Origin: Bacillota bacterium
Lineage (GTDB): Bacteria; Bacillota; Clostridia; Christensenellales; SZUA-584
Assembly: GCA_023397655.1 (NCBI GenBank)
Contig: JAEWTW010000053.1
Coordinates: forward strand, 2,836 to 66,835
DNA: 64,000 nt
Direction of reading: 5' to 3'
In this document: positions 54,911 through 64,000 of the stretch, piece after piece
How the letters are laid out: each line of letters begins with the position of its first letter
Numbering within the stretch: position 1 is the stretch's first letter
Program-made: the position numbers and the translations under genes
Notes under the pieces: model-generated
What the model saw: only the letters and a program-made list of their open reading frames with translations
What the model was told of the DNA's origin: nothing
Database searches by the model: none

Positions 54911-56446
54911 ATGCTAAAAAAACGCCTCACTTCAGACATCGCGCTGCTCATCTATATCGCGATCGCGGCGTCCGCCGGACATCTGGCCGTCGCCGGCAAC
55001 TACGGATTCTTCCTTGACGAACTCTATACCATCGCCTGCAGCCAGCACCTGAGCCTGGCGTTCGTGGACATCCCCCCCGTCGCACCCGCGTTGCTCGCTC
55101 TCAACACGCTGGTGTTCGGAGACTCGCTGTTCGCGCTGCACATACTGCCTTCGCTTTTCTCCGGCGCGGTGGTGGTGCTGACCGGCCTGATGGCGAGGGA
55201 ACTGGGCGGCGGCAAATTTGCCGTGGTGTTCGCGGGTGTTGCGGCGGCGTTCGTGCCCGTCTGGATGGCAGTAGGGTCGCTGTACACCTACGACTTTCTG
55301 GACCAGTTGGTCATCGTGTCGCTGTTTTACGCGCTGCTGCGGCTGATCAAGCGCGAGAACCCCAAAACATGGCTGTGGATCGGCGGCATCGCGGGCTTCG
55401 GGCTGATGGTCAAGCCTTCTATGGTATTCTTCATTGCGGCTCTCGTCATCGGTCTGCTGCTCACCCAACACCGCCGCGCATTTAAAACACGCTGGCCGTG
55501 GCTGGGCGCGCTGATCGGCTTCGTCATCATACTTCCTGCCCTCATCTGGCAGATATCCAACAGCTTTCCCGTTGCGGAATATTGGGGCGCGTATGCCACC
55601 GGCAAAACGGTGAATGCGGGGCCTGCGGAATTCATACTGATGCAGGTCGTGGGTATGAACCCGTTCCTGCTGCCCGTTTGGGTCACCGGACTTATATACG
55701 TGCTTTTAAACAAGGAGGGCAAAAAGTACCGGCTGCTCGGCGTCATATTCGCGGTGCTGTTCGCGGTGTTCCTCACTACCGGCGCAAAGATGTATATGCT
55801 GATCCCTGCCTACTCAGTGCTGCTGGCGGCCGGCGCGCTCTCTATCGAGCGGTTCGCCGCGAAGCTATGGAAGAAAGCGCTTATGATCGCCTACGCCTGC
55901 GTGATCGTGCTCACCGGTCTGGTGATGGCACCCAACTTCATGCCGGTGCTGCCGGTGGACAGCCTCATCACCTACTACGACACCATGGGCGGGCTGGTCG
56001 GCGCGAAGTCCATCCGTCTGGACAACGGTGCGCGCGTGGAACTGCCGCAGTATTTTTACGACCGTTTCGAATGGGACGTGCTGGTGGCCGACGTGGCGGA
56101 GGTGTACAAATCGCTGCCCGAGGAAGAACGCGCAGACACCGCGGTCGTGTCGCAGAACTACGGCTGGGCGGGCGCGGTGGACAAATTGGGCAGCGCGTAC
56201 GGCCTGCCCAATGCGATGTGCGGCCAGCTCAACTACTACTTCTTCAGTCTGGACGACATCGGCAAACCGACATGGATCATGATCGGCGAGGACCAGCAGA
56301 GTCTGGAGGCGGTTTTCGGCAGTGTCACGCTGGCGAAAGTGTCCGAGACTGTATACCGGCAGCCCCACAAGACCCCGATATATATCTGCCGCGAGCCCAA
56401 ATTTACGCCGGAGGAGGGCGCCGTCGGCATCAAGAAGTTCCAATAA
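54911..56446 (+). CDS. GT39 / ArnT-like (PMT_2) membrane glycosyltransferase
   Basis: N-terminal loop FFLDELYTIA (DE motif), about 11 TM, then a C-terminal soluble domain. 511 aa. Confidence 0.75.
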   Translation: MLKKRLTSDIALLIYIAIAASAGHLAVAGNYGFFLDELYTIACSQHLSLAFVDIPPVAPALLALNTLVFGDSLFALHILPSLFSGAVVVLTGLMARELGGGKFAVVFAGVAAAFVPVWMAVGSLYTYDFLDQLVIVSLFYALLRLIKRENPKTWLWIGGIAGFGLMVKPSMVFFIAALVIGLLLTQHRRAFKTRWPWLGALIGFVIILPALIWQISNSFPVAEYWGAYATGKTVNAGPAEFILMQVVGMNPFLLPVWVTGLIYVLLNKEGKKYRLLGVIFAVLFAVFLTTGAKMYMLIPAYSVLLAAGALSIERFAAKLWKKALMIAYACVIVLTGLVMAPNFMPVLPVDSLITYYDTMGGLVGAKSIRLDNGARVELPQYFYDRFEWDVLVADVAEVYKSLPEEERADTAVVSQNYGWAGAVDKLGSAYGLPNAMCGQLNYYFFSLDDIGKPTWIMIGEDQQSLEAVFGSVTLAKVSETVYRQPHKTPIYICREPKFTPEEGAVGIKKFQ

Positions 56447-56549
56447 TGCAACGAATTATAAAAACATTAACAGTATTGGTGCATTCTGCATTGTGTCATA
56501 AGGCTGCTCTATGTATAATGGCGATATATGTCATAGCAGGAGGGCATCA

Positions 56550-57272
56550 ATGAAGGACCGTGCAGAGATCAAACAGACAGCCAAGGCATTGTTTCACTCC
56601 CGGTACGGCTTATGCATCGCCGCATTCACAGTATTCACGCTGATCACATCCACCGTTTCTGTCATCCATGATGTGGCGGACAGAGAGCAGACCATATGGC
56701 GGCTCATCGGATGGTCGCTGCACGTTGACCGGGCGGGTATGCTGTGGCTTGCCATTGTATCCATGCTGATTGCCCTGTTTATCGCGCCCCCGATGATTGT
56801 GGGATATAAGAGCTTCTGTCTGCGCGTCTGGCGCGGCGGGCATGCCAATGTGGGTGGCATTTTCCGCGACGGCTTCTCTGAAAGCTATGGGCGTAACGTT
56901 GGCAGCATATTCATGATGAATCTGTTCATCTCACTTTGGTCGCTTCTGCTCATCATCCCCGGCATCATCGCGGCGCTTTCCTATTTTATGACGCCCTACA
57001 TACTGGCTGAATACCCGCGCATAGGAGCCAGCGAAGCGATTGCACTGTCCAAACGCATGACGAAAGGCTATAAGGGTGAGATTTTCGTAGCGCAGCTCAG
57101 CTTCATCGGTTGGTGGCTGCTCAGCCTGCTCACGCTGGGGCTGGCGGAAATGCTGTATGTGGGACCATATTACGAAACCAGCATGGCGGGGCTCTACGAC
57201 GAGCTCAAACGCAACGCGTTCGAATCCGGCAAAGTATCTGATAACGAACTGCCTAGCAACATTTCCATGTAA
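56550..57272 (+). CDS. DUF975 family membrane protein
   Basis: MKDRAEIKQTAKALFHSRYG start plus 4-5 TM, typical of DUF975. Confidence 0.65.
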   Translation: MKDRAEIKQTAKALFHSRYGLCIAAFTVFTLITSTVSVIHDVADREQTIWRLIGWSLHVDRAGMLWLAIVSMLIALFIAPPMIVGYKSFCLRVWRGGHANVGGIFRDGFSESYGRNVGSIFMMNLFISLWSLLLIIPGIIAALSYFMTPYILAEYPRIGASEAIALSKRMTKGYKGEIFVAQLSFIGWWLLSLLTLGLAEMLYVGPYYETSMAGLYDELKRNAFESGKVSDNELPSNISM

Positions 57273-57698
57273 AATCTGCCGCATATCTGTTGTAACATTT
57301 TATCAAAAACATAAAAATTAAACTGTTGTACTATATCCTTTGTATTGAAGTAAAGTTTAATGTAACTGCCTGCAGATATCAAACCGCGGCTAAGAAACGC
57401 TTTGCCGCGTAGTACGGCGTGTCGGTAGGTGCACGGCGCTGGTCATGGTCATCTCGTCGGTACTGTCGGATATACAGCATCATCACCGCCGATACCCTCG
57501 CCCACAACTATTTGGTGATGTTAACTGGCAACGGCTATATTCTCCTCTATGCGCCAGGCGCGCAGCTCATCAGCTTTCTGATATCTTTGGTCTACACATC
57601 CGTTGAACTGCCGCTCACAGTCCTTTTGTTTTTGCTGCCTCCCAAAATCATATACATCTTCCTGTATGCATAAAACGTAACAAAGGAGGTTTAACAAG

Positions 57699-58211
57699 AT
57701 GAGCTACACCAATCCATTTGGCCTGCCCCAGGGAGAACCCGTTCAATTTACGAATATACTGCGCGAGCTCCTCGTTGCGGAAATCGTCGCAATCAATGGC
57801 TACCAGCAACATATCGCAGACTCAAACATGGAGGACATCAACAATGTCTGGCACAAGATCATGGTGGACGAGAAGAAGCACTACGGTTGGCTGCTGAAAC
57901 TACTACGAAAATATGATCCCGCGGAGGAACTGGCATATCAGCGGCACTTGAACATAGGATTGGGGCCTGGATCTCCCATGCAGATTTATAAGCCGGATTA
58001 CGACCGGCAGATAATACTCAATAATCTGCGGCAGGATATCAAGGGCGAGCTGGAAGCTGTGGTGCTGTATGAGCAGGAACTGCAGCAGATGCCTTATGTC
58101 GACCTCCGCCAGACGCTGATGAACATCATCGACGAGGAAAAGGGGCACACAGAGCACCTCACCAGCGTGGTGCTTAAGTACGATCCGGATCCATACAACG
58201 GGTTAGTATAG
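57699..58211 (+). CDS. Ferritin-like (rubrerythrin-type di-iron) domain protein
   Basis: Two E...ExxH units: LVAEIVAINGY...DEKKHYGW and ELEAVVLYE...EEKGHTEH. AAGGAGG RBS. Confidence 0.7.
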   Translation: MSYTNPFGLPQGEPVQFTNILRELLVAEIVAINGYQQHIADSNMEDINNVWHKIMVDEKKHYGWLLKLLRKYDPAEELAYQRHLNIGLGPGSPMQIYKPDYDRQIILNNLRQDIKGELEAVVLYEQELQQMPYVDLRQTLMNIIDEEKGHTEHLTSVVLKYDPDPYNGLV

Positions 58212-58223
58212 CCACTGAAATTT

Positions 58224-58628
58224 ATGTACTTCAGCGGCGAATACTCCGGCGGCGATTGCTTTGCCGCCCGATACAGTCGCGGGAAGCTGCGGCTCATGTA
58301 CCATGTCAAAAATGTCGGCAACCGGGACGGATATGATATCAATATGCTTTACGTCAGGGTTGCCGCTGGCGAGGATGGAAAAGTTGTTGTCCGTTATACC
58401 CCCGGCAAACCGGTTGCCTTTACCGTCATAATGATCGTATGGAACATTATGACGGTTCCCATATTTGTTTATACGGTTTGGGGCGCTCTGCGGAATGGGC
58501 ACGCGGATATCCCCGGTATGGCAATCACCGGCGTACTCAGCGCTGTCGGATTGTTTCTGCTGTTCGTCCGTTCCAAAAAGAGTATCTCCCAGCTTGAAAA
58601 CAGGCTCCGTCGGATATGCAGAGTCTGA
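58224..58628 (+). CDS. Small membrane protein (start uncertain; alternative ATG 58296)
   Basis: Preferred over the antisense 158-aa ORF on GC3 and its two clear TM segments. No good RBS at 58224. Confidence 0.4.
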   Translation: MYFSGEYSGGDCFAARYSRGKLRLMYHVKNVGNRDGYDINMLYVRVAAGEDGKVVVRYTPGKPVAFTVIMIVWNIMTVPIFVYTVWGALRNGHADIPGMAITGVLSAVGLFLLFVRSKKSISQLENRLRRICRV

Positions 58629-58653
58629 ATCAGAGATAGATTTCAAATAAAAT

Positions 58654-58693
58654 AGCGCCCGGACTTTCATCGAAGCCACAGGCGCTTTTTTTG
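58654..58693. terminator. Hairpin AGCGCC-N21-GGCGCT plus T7 between convergent genes
   Basis: Read directly. The long loop lowers confidence. Confidence 0.4.
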
Positions 58694-58705
58694 TTACAAA
58701 TATTA

Positions 58706-59506
58706 TCAGTTCTTGACCAGCAGCATGCGGTCGTTGTCCAGCTCACCCCCGCCGCGCTGCGAAAACAGCTCCATCAGACGGGCGACCGTCATCTCCTCGC
58801 GCTCCTTGCCGGATATGTTGAGTATGATTTTGCCGCGGTCCAGCATGATGGTGCGCGTGCCCGTCTCCAATGCGGCCTTGATGTTGTGCGTGATCATCAT
58901 CGTGGTCAGCTTCTGCTCCGCCACCACACTTTTGGTGATACGCATGATCTTCTTCGCCGCTTCGGGGTCCAGCGCCGCCGTATGTTCGTCCAGCAGCAGC
59001 AACAAAGGCCTGCCGATGGTGGACATCATCAGCGACAGCGCCTGACGCTGGCCGCCGGAGAGCAGCCCCACTTTGGTCTTCATGCGGGTCTCCAGCTCCA
59101 TGTCCAGCTGGGCCAGCTGCTCACGGAATATTGCGACGTCGCGGCGGTGCACGCCCAGCCGCAAGCCGCTCTTGCCCCGGCGGTTATAGGCCAGTGCAAG
59201 GTTCTCCTCAATCGTCATGTCCGGCGCGGTACCTCTGGCGGGGTCCTGAAAAAGCCGCCCGATCACCGCTGCCCGTTTGTGCTCCGCCTTGTAGGTGATA
59301 TCCTCGCCGTTCAGCAGCACACGGCCCGAATCCAGCTGGAAGGTACCGCCTATGGCGTTGAACAGTGTGGATTTGCCCGCGCCGTTGGAGCCGATGACGG
59401 TGACGAACTCACCCGCCTCCAGCATGAGGCTCACGCCGCTCAGCGCGACGTGCTCATTGGGCGTATTTTTCAAAAAGGTTTTACTCGCTTTGCGTATCGT
59501 CAGCAT
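58706..59506 (-). CDS. ABC transporter ATP-binding protein (COG1101-type)
   Basis: Walker A GSNGAGKST, signature LSGGQRQ, Walker B LLLLDEHTAALD. Confidence 0.9.
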   Translation of the reverse strand: MLTIRKASKTFLKNTPNEHVALSGVSLMLEAGEFVTVIGSNGAGKSTLFNAIGGTFQLDSGRVLLNGEDITYKAEHKRAAVIGRLFQDPARGTAPDMTIEENLALAYNRRGKSGLRLGVHRRDVAIFREQLAQLDMELETRMKTKVGLLSGGQRQALSLMMSTIGRPLLLLLDEHTAALDPEAAKKIMRITKSVVAEQKLTTMMITHNIKAALETGTRTIMLDRGKIILNISGKEREEMTVARLMELFSQRGGGELDNDRMLLVKN

Positions 59507-60401
59507 CTCTGCGGGCCCTCGTTTTCATGTTACTAAGCTGTATCTGCCGCTTCACGACGGGTATGGCCAGCGCGATCACCACGATCACCGCCGACACGAT
59601 GCGCAGCGCAAAGGCGGGAAAAACGTCCGACCGCAGCGCCGTCGCAATGATAAAGCGATACAGCAGTGCGCCGAACACCGCCGATATGAGCCCCAGCGTC
59701 ACTGAGCGCCTGCCGAACACGGCTTCACCGATGATGGCAGACGCGAGGCCCACCACCACGATGCCGATGCCGGAGCTGATGTCGGCGTAACCCTGGTACT
59801 GTGCGAGCACCGCACCGGACAACGCGACGCACGCGTTGGATATACCGAGTGCAATAAGCTTCATCGCGTCCACGTTGATGGACGATGCCCGTACCATGTC
59901 CTCGTTGTTGCCCGTGGCGCGTATGCACAGGCCGAGGTGCGTTTTGAAAAACCAGATCAGTATGCCCACGCACGCCGCGCAGAACAACAGCGGTATCAGC
60001 GTTTTGACGAGCTCCTTATCCACCGGCAGCCACTTTTGCATCAGGTTGAACAGGCTGTCCGCGCCGATCAGCGATACGTTGGAGCGGCTGCCCAGCACAA
60101 ATAGGTTCACACTGTAAAGGCTGCTCATCGTGAGTATGCCCGCCAGTATCGGGTGTATGTGTATTTTGGTCTGCAGCAGCCCTGTGACGACGCCCGCCAC
60201 GGCGCCCGTCAGCAGCGCGGCCAGCAAACCGAGGAACGGGTGCCCCGCAACCGTCAGTGACGCGGAAACGGACAGCCCCAATGTGAAGCTGCCGTCTGCG
60301 GTCAGGTCGGGTATACCCAGTATTCGAAATGAAATGTATATGCCCAGCGCCAGCATTCCGTAGATGAGCCCGAGCTGGACGGAACCGATGACCAGCGTCA
60401 T
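59481..60401 (-). CDS. ABC transporter permease (COG4120-type)
   Basis: 306 aa, about 9 TM. Overlaps the ATPase gene by 26 nt. Confidence 0.8.
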   Translation of the reverse strand: MTLVIGSVQLGLIYGMLALGIYISFRILGIPDLTADGSFTLGLSVSASLTVAGHPFLGLLAALLTGAVAGVVTGLLQTKIHIHPILAGILTMSSLYSVNLFVLGSRSNVSLIGADSLFNLMQKWLPVDKELVKTLIPLLFCAACVGILIWFFKTHLGLCIRATGNNEDMVRASSINVDAMKLIALGISNACVALSGAVLAQYQGYADISSGIGIVVVGLASAIIGEAVFGRRSVTLGLISAVFGALLYRFIIATALRSDVFPAFALRIVSAVIVVIALAIPVVKRQIQLSNMKTRARRDADDTQSE

Positions 60402-60423
60402 GCCTGCCGCCTCCCGCCTTGCG

Positions 60424-61446
60424 TTACTCGATTATTTTGGCGCTGTCCAGCACATCCTGCGAGACTTCCACGCCGATGGCCGCCGCCGTGGTCTTGTTGA
60501 TGACGGTGACGAAATCCGATACCGTGATAGCCGGAATATCCTTGATGGCCTTGCCCTTGAGGAACTGGTCGGCCATGTCCGCTGTCATGCTGCCGATGGT
60601 GATATCGTCGATGCTGATGGTCGCAAACGCGCCGGATGCCACCATCACCGCGGAACTGCCGTACACGGGGATCTTCGCGTCCATAGCAGCCTCGGCCACC
60701 TGCGGCATCGCGCTCTGTACCATGCTGTCGTTGGGAATGAAGAACGCGTCCACCTGGTCCGCCAGCGATTGGGCCGCCTGCTGCACCTCGGACGACGCGG
60801 TCACCACCGCTTCCTTATAGCTGAGGCCGTTTTCATCCATGTACTTCTTTGCATTTTCCACCGTCGTTACGGAGTTGATCTCGCCCGTGTTGTAGATGAG
60901 ACCATAGGTCTCGCAGCCCGGCGTCAGCTGGTCCGAGAGCTTGAACATCTCGCTCACGGGGATGGCGTTGGATGTGCCTGTCGCGTTTTTGTCGGGCATG
61001 CTCATATCCGTGATGATACCCGCCCCTACGGGGTTGCCCACCGATATGAAGAACACCGGTATGCCGCTGTCCATGTTGACAATGGCCTGCGACGGCGGGG
61101 TCGCGATGGATACGATAATGTCCTTCTTGGCGTCCACCATCGCCTGGCAGATGGAATTCAGCGTGCCCGTGTCGCCGTTGGCGTTCTGGTAATCGAATTT
61201 CATCTTGTCTTCGGAGTATCCGAGCTCCCGCATGCGGGCGATAAAGCCCTCGCGCATGTCGGTGAAGGCGCCGTTGTCAGCCAGCTGAATGATACCCACC
61301 TCAATCACTTCGGACACTACTGCGGGAGCGCTCTGCTCCGCGTTCTGTCCTGCGCTCTGCCCGCCGCAACCGGCGGCTGCCAGCAGCAGCATGACGGCCA
61401 AACCCAAAACAACTACTCTCATCATTCTCTTGGTCCTGTTTCTCAT
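60424..61446 (-). CDS. ABC transporter substrate-binding lipoprotein (COG2984 / ABC_sub_bind-type)
   Basis: Lipobox LLAAAGCGG. GIIQLADNGAFTD ... family layout. Confidence 0.8.
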   Translation of the reverse strand: MRNRTKRMMRVVVLGLAVMLLLAAAGCGGQSAGQNAEQSAPAVVSEVIEVGIIQLADNGAFTDMREGFIARMRELGYSEDKMKFDYQNANGDTGTLNSICQAMVDAKKDIIVSIATPPSQAIVNMDSGIPVFFISVGNPVGAGIITDMSMPDKNATGTSNAIPVSEMFKLSDQLTPGCETYGLIYNTGEINSVTTVENAKKYMDENGLSYKEAVVTASSEVQQAAQSLADQVDAFFIPNDSMVQSAMPQVAEAAMDAKIPVYGSSAVMVASGAFATISIDDITIGSMTADMADQFLKGKAIKDIPAITVSDFVTVINKTTAAAIGVEVSQDVLDSAKIIE

Positions 61447-61500
61447 CTTTCTCTTCTCACCTTTCTAATTTTGTTGGCCGCCATTCGGCTGCCGGATTGA

Positions 61501-61806
61501 TTTAAAAAAAGCCTATCCTCGAAATACGCAACAGCGTATGCAAGGACAGACTTCGTCTGCGGTGCCACCTTGTTTGGTTTTCCGAAAAGCCGAACTGAAA
61601 GGCTAACGGAAAGAACCCATCTCATCAGAACGCTAACACGCTCTTAACCCGATAACGCTGGTATGCGTCGCGTATACTGGGAGCTCATCGCCCCGTTCCC
61701 CGCGCCCTCCGCAGTCCATTTGCCACATCGCTTACTGCTGGTTTCCAGCTGCCCCGGCTCTCTCTAAAGTGCGCTTGCGGTTTGATCTCTGCATCAGCGG
61801 TTTATT
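61501..61806 (-). promoter_or_regulatory. T-box riboswitch leader, candidate Trp (UGG) specifier
   Basis: On the minus strand: AGAGAGAG box, AGUA S-turn, AAAUGGA (UGG = complement of 61716-61718), T-box AAGGUGGCACCGCAG (61557-61575), then a terminator hairpin plus U7 (61501-61550). Confidence 0.75.
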
Positions 61807-61813
61807 GTCTCCA

Positions 61814-61842
61814 AAGATAACATGACATATTTAATTTGTCAA
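61814..61842 (-). promoter_or_regulatory. Promoter TTGACA-17-TATCTT for the T-box leader
   Basis: TTGACA = complement of 61837-61842; TATCTT = complement of 61814-61819. Confidence 0.6.
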
Positions 61843-61963
61843 CAGTTACGATTTACATTTTATTGTCCGAACGCTGCCACTTATAAAAGGCTTGCGCTTG
61901 CGCTGCGTCTGCTGGCTAATATATGCGGTGCGCTCCGGTTATGTTCGAGCATCCATTTAACGC

Positions 61964-63250
61964 TTATTCAGTTTTTTCCTCCAGGTAAGGCACTGTATAC
62001 CCGCCGTAAGGCATCACGTATATATCCTTGCCGCTAAAATCCACTTCTTCGAGCAGGCTGGCGATGTCTGAGAACACGCGTGCGCCCATGCCGTCCAGCG
62101 TTTCGGGGGCAATCTGCGTCAGCATCAGCACCTCCGTTTTAACCATCACCTCGCATGACGCGTAGAAGATATACCCCGCAATGGTGAAGTTCGCGCGCAG
62201 ATCCGCATCCAGTGTGCCCGCCCGCAACGGTTTGATCCAATCGAAGTAGTCCGGCGCGCCGCCGCCTTCGCGGCACTCGGCCAAAAATACGATCTGCCCG
62301 CCGGGCTTCACCGCCTCCGCCGCGTTGATCAGCGACTTGACGCCCTGATACAGGTTGATATCCTTGGGGTACCCGCCGCAGCTGACCACCACGATATCCG
62401 CAGCCTTAGCGATAGGAATGCCCATCATGTCCTGTGCCTCACGGCAGCTCTGCTCCCACGCGCGGAAAAAGTCGCCGCAAATCAGCCGGCTGCCGCCCGT
62501 CTGCGTGTCCATAATGACATTGATGCCAAAGGTGGGCGACGCCATGGCCGCCGCTTCGTTCATATCCTCGTTCAGCGGGTTATCGGAGAGCTGACCCATG
62601 CCGATCAGCGGATTGGAGCGTGGCTCGGTGGGCGACAGCGAATGAATGTGATTCTGGTTGATCGTGGTTTTGCCGCTGATACCGGGGAGTATGCTCTTGC
62701 GCCCGCCGCCGTACCCGGCCATCAGGTGATGAAGCGTCCCGCTCACCACGATCAGCTTGCGCCCTACCGCCAGCGGATTGACACAAACCTGCGTCCCCCA
62801 AGACGTTGTGCCTATGTGAACGAGGTCTTCCGCCATGCAGTCGTGGTTGACCACCCGCACACGTTCAAAGATCTCGTCCGTCACCAGCATCCGAAGTTCT
62901 GCTTCCGTCTGCGGCCGGTGCGTACCCAGCGCGATGAGTATGACGATGTTCGCGTATTCCACGCCCAGCGTATCGTGCAGATACGGTATTAGCTGCGCGC
63001 ACACCCTGTCCTGCCGCATCCAAAAGCGTGTGATGTCGCTAATCACCACAGTGACCTTATCGTCCGGCGAAACGAGCGCACTGAGCGGCGGCGACGCGAT
63101 GCAGCCGGAGCCCACAGCGTCCAGAAACGCCTGCGCTTCATCCGCGGCGGGCGGCAGGCTTTTACCCTGCAGCACACGTACCGATCGCGCGCCGTCAAAA
63201 GCCATATCGATATGCGTATCGCCGTATGCCAGAGACATTTTATCCTTCAT
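61964..63250 (-). CDS. LarA-like (nickel-dependent lactate racemase family, DUF2088) protein
   Basis: VVISDITRFW, ALGTHRP and HHLMAGYGGGRKSILPG motifs in canonical order. 428 aa. Confidence 0.8.
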   Translation of the reverse strand: MKDKMSLAYGDTHIDMAFDGARSVRVLQGKSLPPAADEAQAFLDAVGSGCIASPPLSALVSPDDKVTVVISDITRFWMRQDRVCAQLIPYLHDTLGVEYANIVILIALGTHRPQTEAELRMLVTDEIFERVRVVNHDCMAEDLVHIGTTSWGTQVCVNPLAVGRKLIVVSGTLHHLMAGYGGGRKSILPGISGKTTINQNHIHSLSPTEPRSNPLIGMGQLSDNPLNEDMNEAAAMASPTFGINVIMDTQTGGSRLICGDFFRAWEQSCREAQDMMGIPIAKAADIVVVSCGGYPKDINLYQGVKSLINAAEAVKPGGQIVFLAECREGGGAPDYFDWIKPLRAGTLDADLRANFTIAGYIFYASCEVMVKTEVLMLTQIAPETLDGMGARVFSDIASLLEEVDFSGKDIYVMPYGGYTVPYLEEKTE

Positions 63251-63426
63251 GCGTTTCTCCCGTGTGTTTGTCTGGCTTAACGTTCACCAGCGCGTACTAA
63301 GAATATCTTAGCACACATAGCGCCGTTTGAGCGACTTCCCTGATAATTCGCGATTATAGCACAAGCGGCGAAAAAGAGAAAGCGCTCCTCCGTGACAGAG
63401 GTGGACAAAGGCTTAAATTTGCGGAC

Positions 63427-63462
63427 ATAAAAACGCTGGATGGGCATTCAAGCCCATCCAGC
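63427..63462 (-). terminator. Perfect 11-bp hairpin terminator on the minus strand
   Basis: GCTGGATGGGC-ATTCAA-GCCCATCCAGC followed on the minus strand by GTTTTTAT. Confidence 0.7.
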
Positions 63463-63658
63463 TTCCCAGTCACCTGGACCATTATACTTCACCTTGGTAT
63501 CCAGGCGCTGCTCGGGGTTGTCAAGTCGGTGCCAATTTAACACGTCCTTCACCACCTCAAAGCTTATTATATCCGCAGCTCCTGGCTTTATTCAGACAAG
63601 TTCCTTTCTTTTTTTCATAGCCTATACTGCTGGCTCCATTTCAGCCAATATACGAAAT

Positions 63659-63687
63659 TTGACATCTTTCATCCGTCATGATAGATT
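63659..63687 (+). promoter_or_regulatory. Promoter-like TTGACA-17-TAGATT
   Basis: TTGACA 63659-63664; TAGATT 63682-63687. Lies 43 nt upstream of ATG 63730. Confidence 0.45.
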
Positions 63688-63729
63688 TGATCGTGTAGTA
63701 TCATTTCCAGAAAGAATGAGGTTTTTGCT

Positions 63730-64000
63730 ATGGGCAGAGGCGGCTTTGGCGGTGGCGGCAGCAGGGGATTCTCCGGCGGCGGCGGTCGCGGCTTTTCCGG
63801 TCGCAGCAGCTTTGGCGGCAGCCGGAGCGGCAGTTCGGGAGGCGGATTCAGCTTTGGCGGGGGAAGCAAGCGCGGCGGTAATACCGGCAGCAGCAGAGGG
63901 TTCTCCGGCGGCGGCGAGCACGGCTTCTCCGGACGCGGCAGCTTTGACGACGGCAGAAACAACAATAGCAGCAGCTTCGGAGGCTTCGGTGGTTTTGGAC
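63730..64000 (+). CDS. Gly/Arg/Ser/Phe-rich low-complexity protein, N-terminal part (runs off the right edge)
   Basis: Own translation: MGRGGFGGGGSRGFSGGGGRGFSGRSSFGGSRSGSSGGGFSFGGGSKRGGNTGSSRGFSGGGEHGFSGRGSFDDGRNNNSSSFGGFGGFG... Preferred over the antisense Pro-rich ORF because of the promoter and start context. Confidence 0.5.
   Translation, partial: MGRGGFGGGGSRGFSGGGGRGFSGRSSFGGSRSGSSGGGFSFGGGSKRGGNTGSSRGFSGGGEHGFSGRGSFDDGRNNNSSSFGGFGGFG

Noticed and set aside
57419-57673. 84-aa GTG-start ORF in the 425-nt gap before the ferritin-like gene.
   Set aside because: Only the C-terminal half looks like a TM segment, there is no RBS, and the N-terminus is Arg/Ser/Trp-rich. The support is too weak to call.
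63669-63965. Pro-rich 98-aa and Ala-rich 81-aa minus-strand ORFs.
   Set aside because: They are the reverse complement of GGC-rich coding sequence. The plus frame has an ATG right after a promoter-like AT-rich spacer, whereas the minus ORF runs into that spacer.
1-64000. Search by eye for tRNA/rRNA genes, CRISPR arrays, IS elements, integrases and prophage genes.
   Set aside because: None were found. In the intergenic regions I inspected I saw no tRNA-like cloverleaf, no regularly spaced repeats outside the coding tandem repeat at 19279-19869, and no recombinase motifs in any ORF.

Overview
This 64-kb window comes from a high-GC chromosome, roughly 60-65% GC by hand counts on sampled lines. 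The T-box leader, ywbE, DUF3784, DUF975 and CBO0543-like membrane proteins suggest Firmicutes/Clostridia, but that is inference only. I call about 75 protein-coding genes. I saw no rRNA, tRNA, CRISPR array, integrase or transposase.

Recognisable content:
- A trehalose operon: OtsA-OtsB fusion, GH65 phosphorylase and beta-phosphoglucomutase.
- An ECF sigma / anti-sigma pair.
- putP.
- Two tandem phosphodiester-glycosidase lipoproteins.
- Several TetR regulators with visible operators.
- A GT39/ArnT-like glycosyltransferase.
- A Trp-type T-box leader in front of a COG2984-type ABC transporter.
- A LarA-like protein.

Main things worth a second look:
1. Three AT-rich (about 30% GC) two-gene cassettes sit in host intergenic regions with no mobility genes.
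   - 47.9-51.1 kb: an orphan 275-aa protein plus a 778-aa P-loop DExH/SF1-like helicase.
   - 1.2-3.1 kb: a GIY-YIG-like protein plus an AlbA_2/Schlafen-like protein.
   - 38.5-39.4 kb: a membrane-anchored wHTH protein plus a small WW-motif protein.
   - These are the best candidates for uncharacterised defence-type systems.
2. A 7.2-kb array of 11 genes encodes almost only paralogous integral membrane proteins (24.0-31.3 kb).
3. There are unusual low-complexity proteins: one with 138-bp tandem repeats rich in N/P/M, and two RGG/Gly-rich proteins.
4. Identical 32-nt terminators bracket a 2-kb module that also contains an in-frame amber codon.

Limits: all family names come from motif recognition by eye. 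No searches or folding programs were run. Start codons are best guesses.
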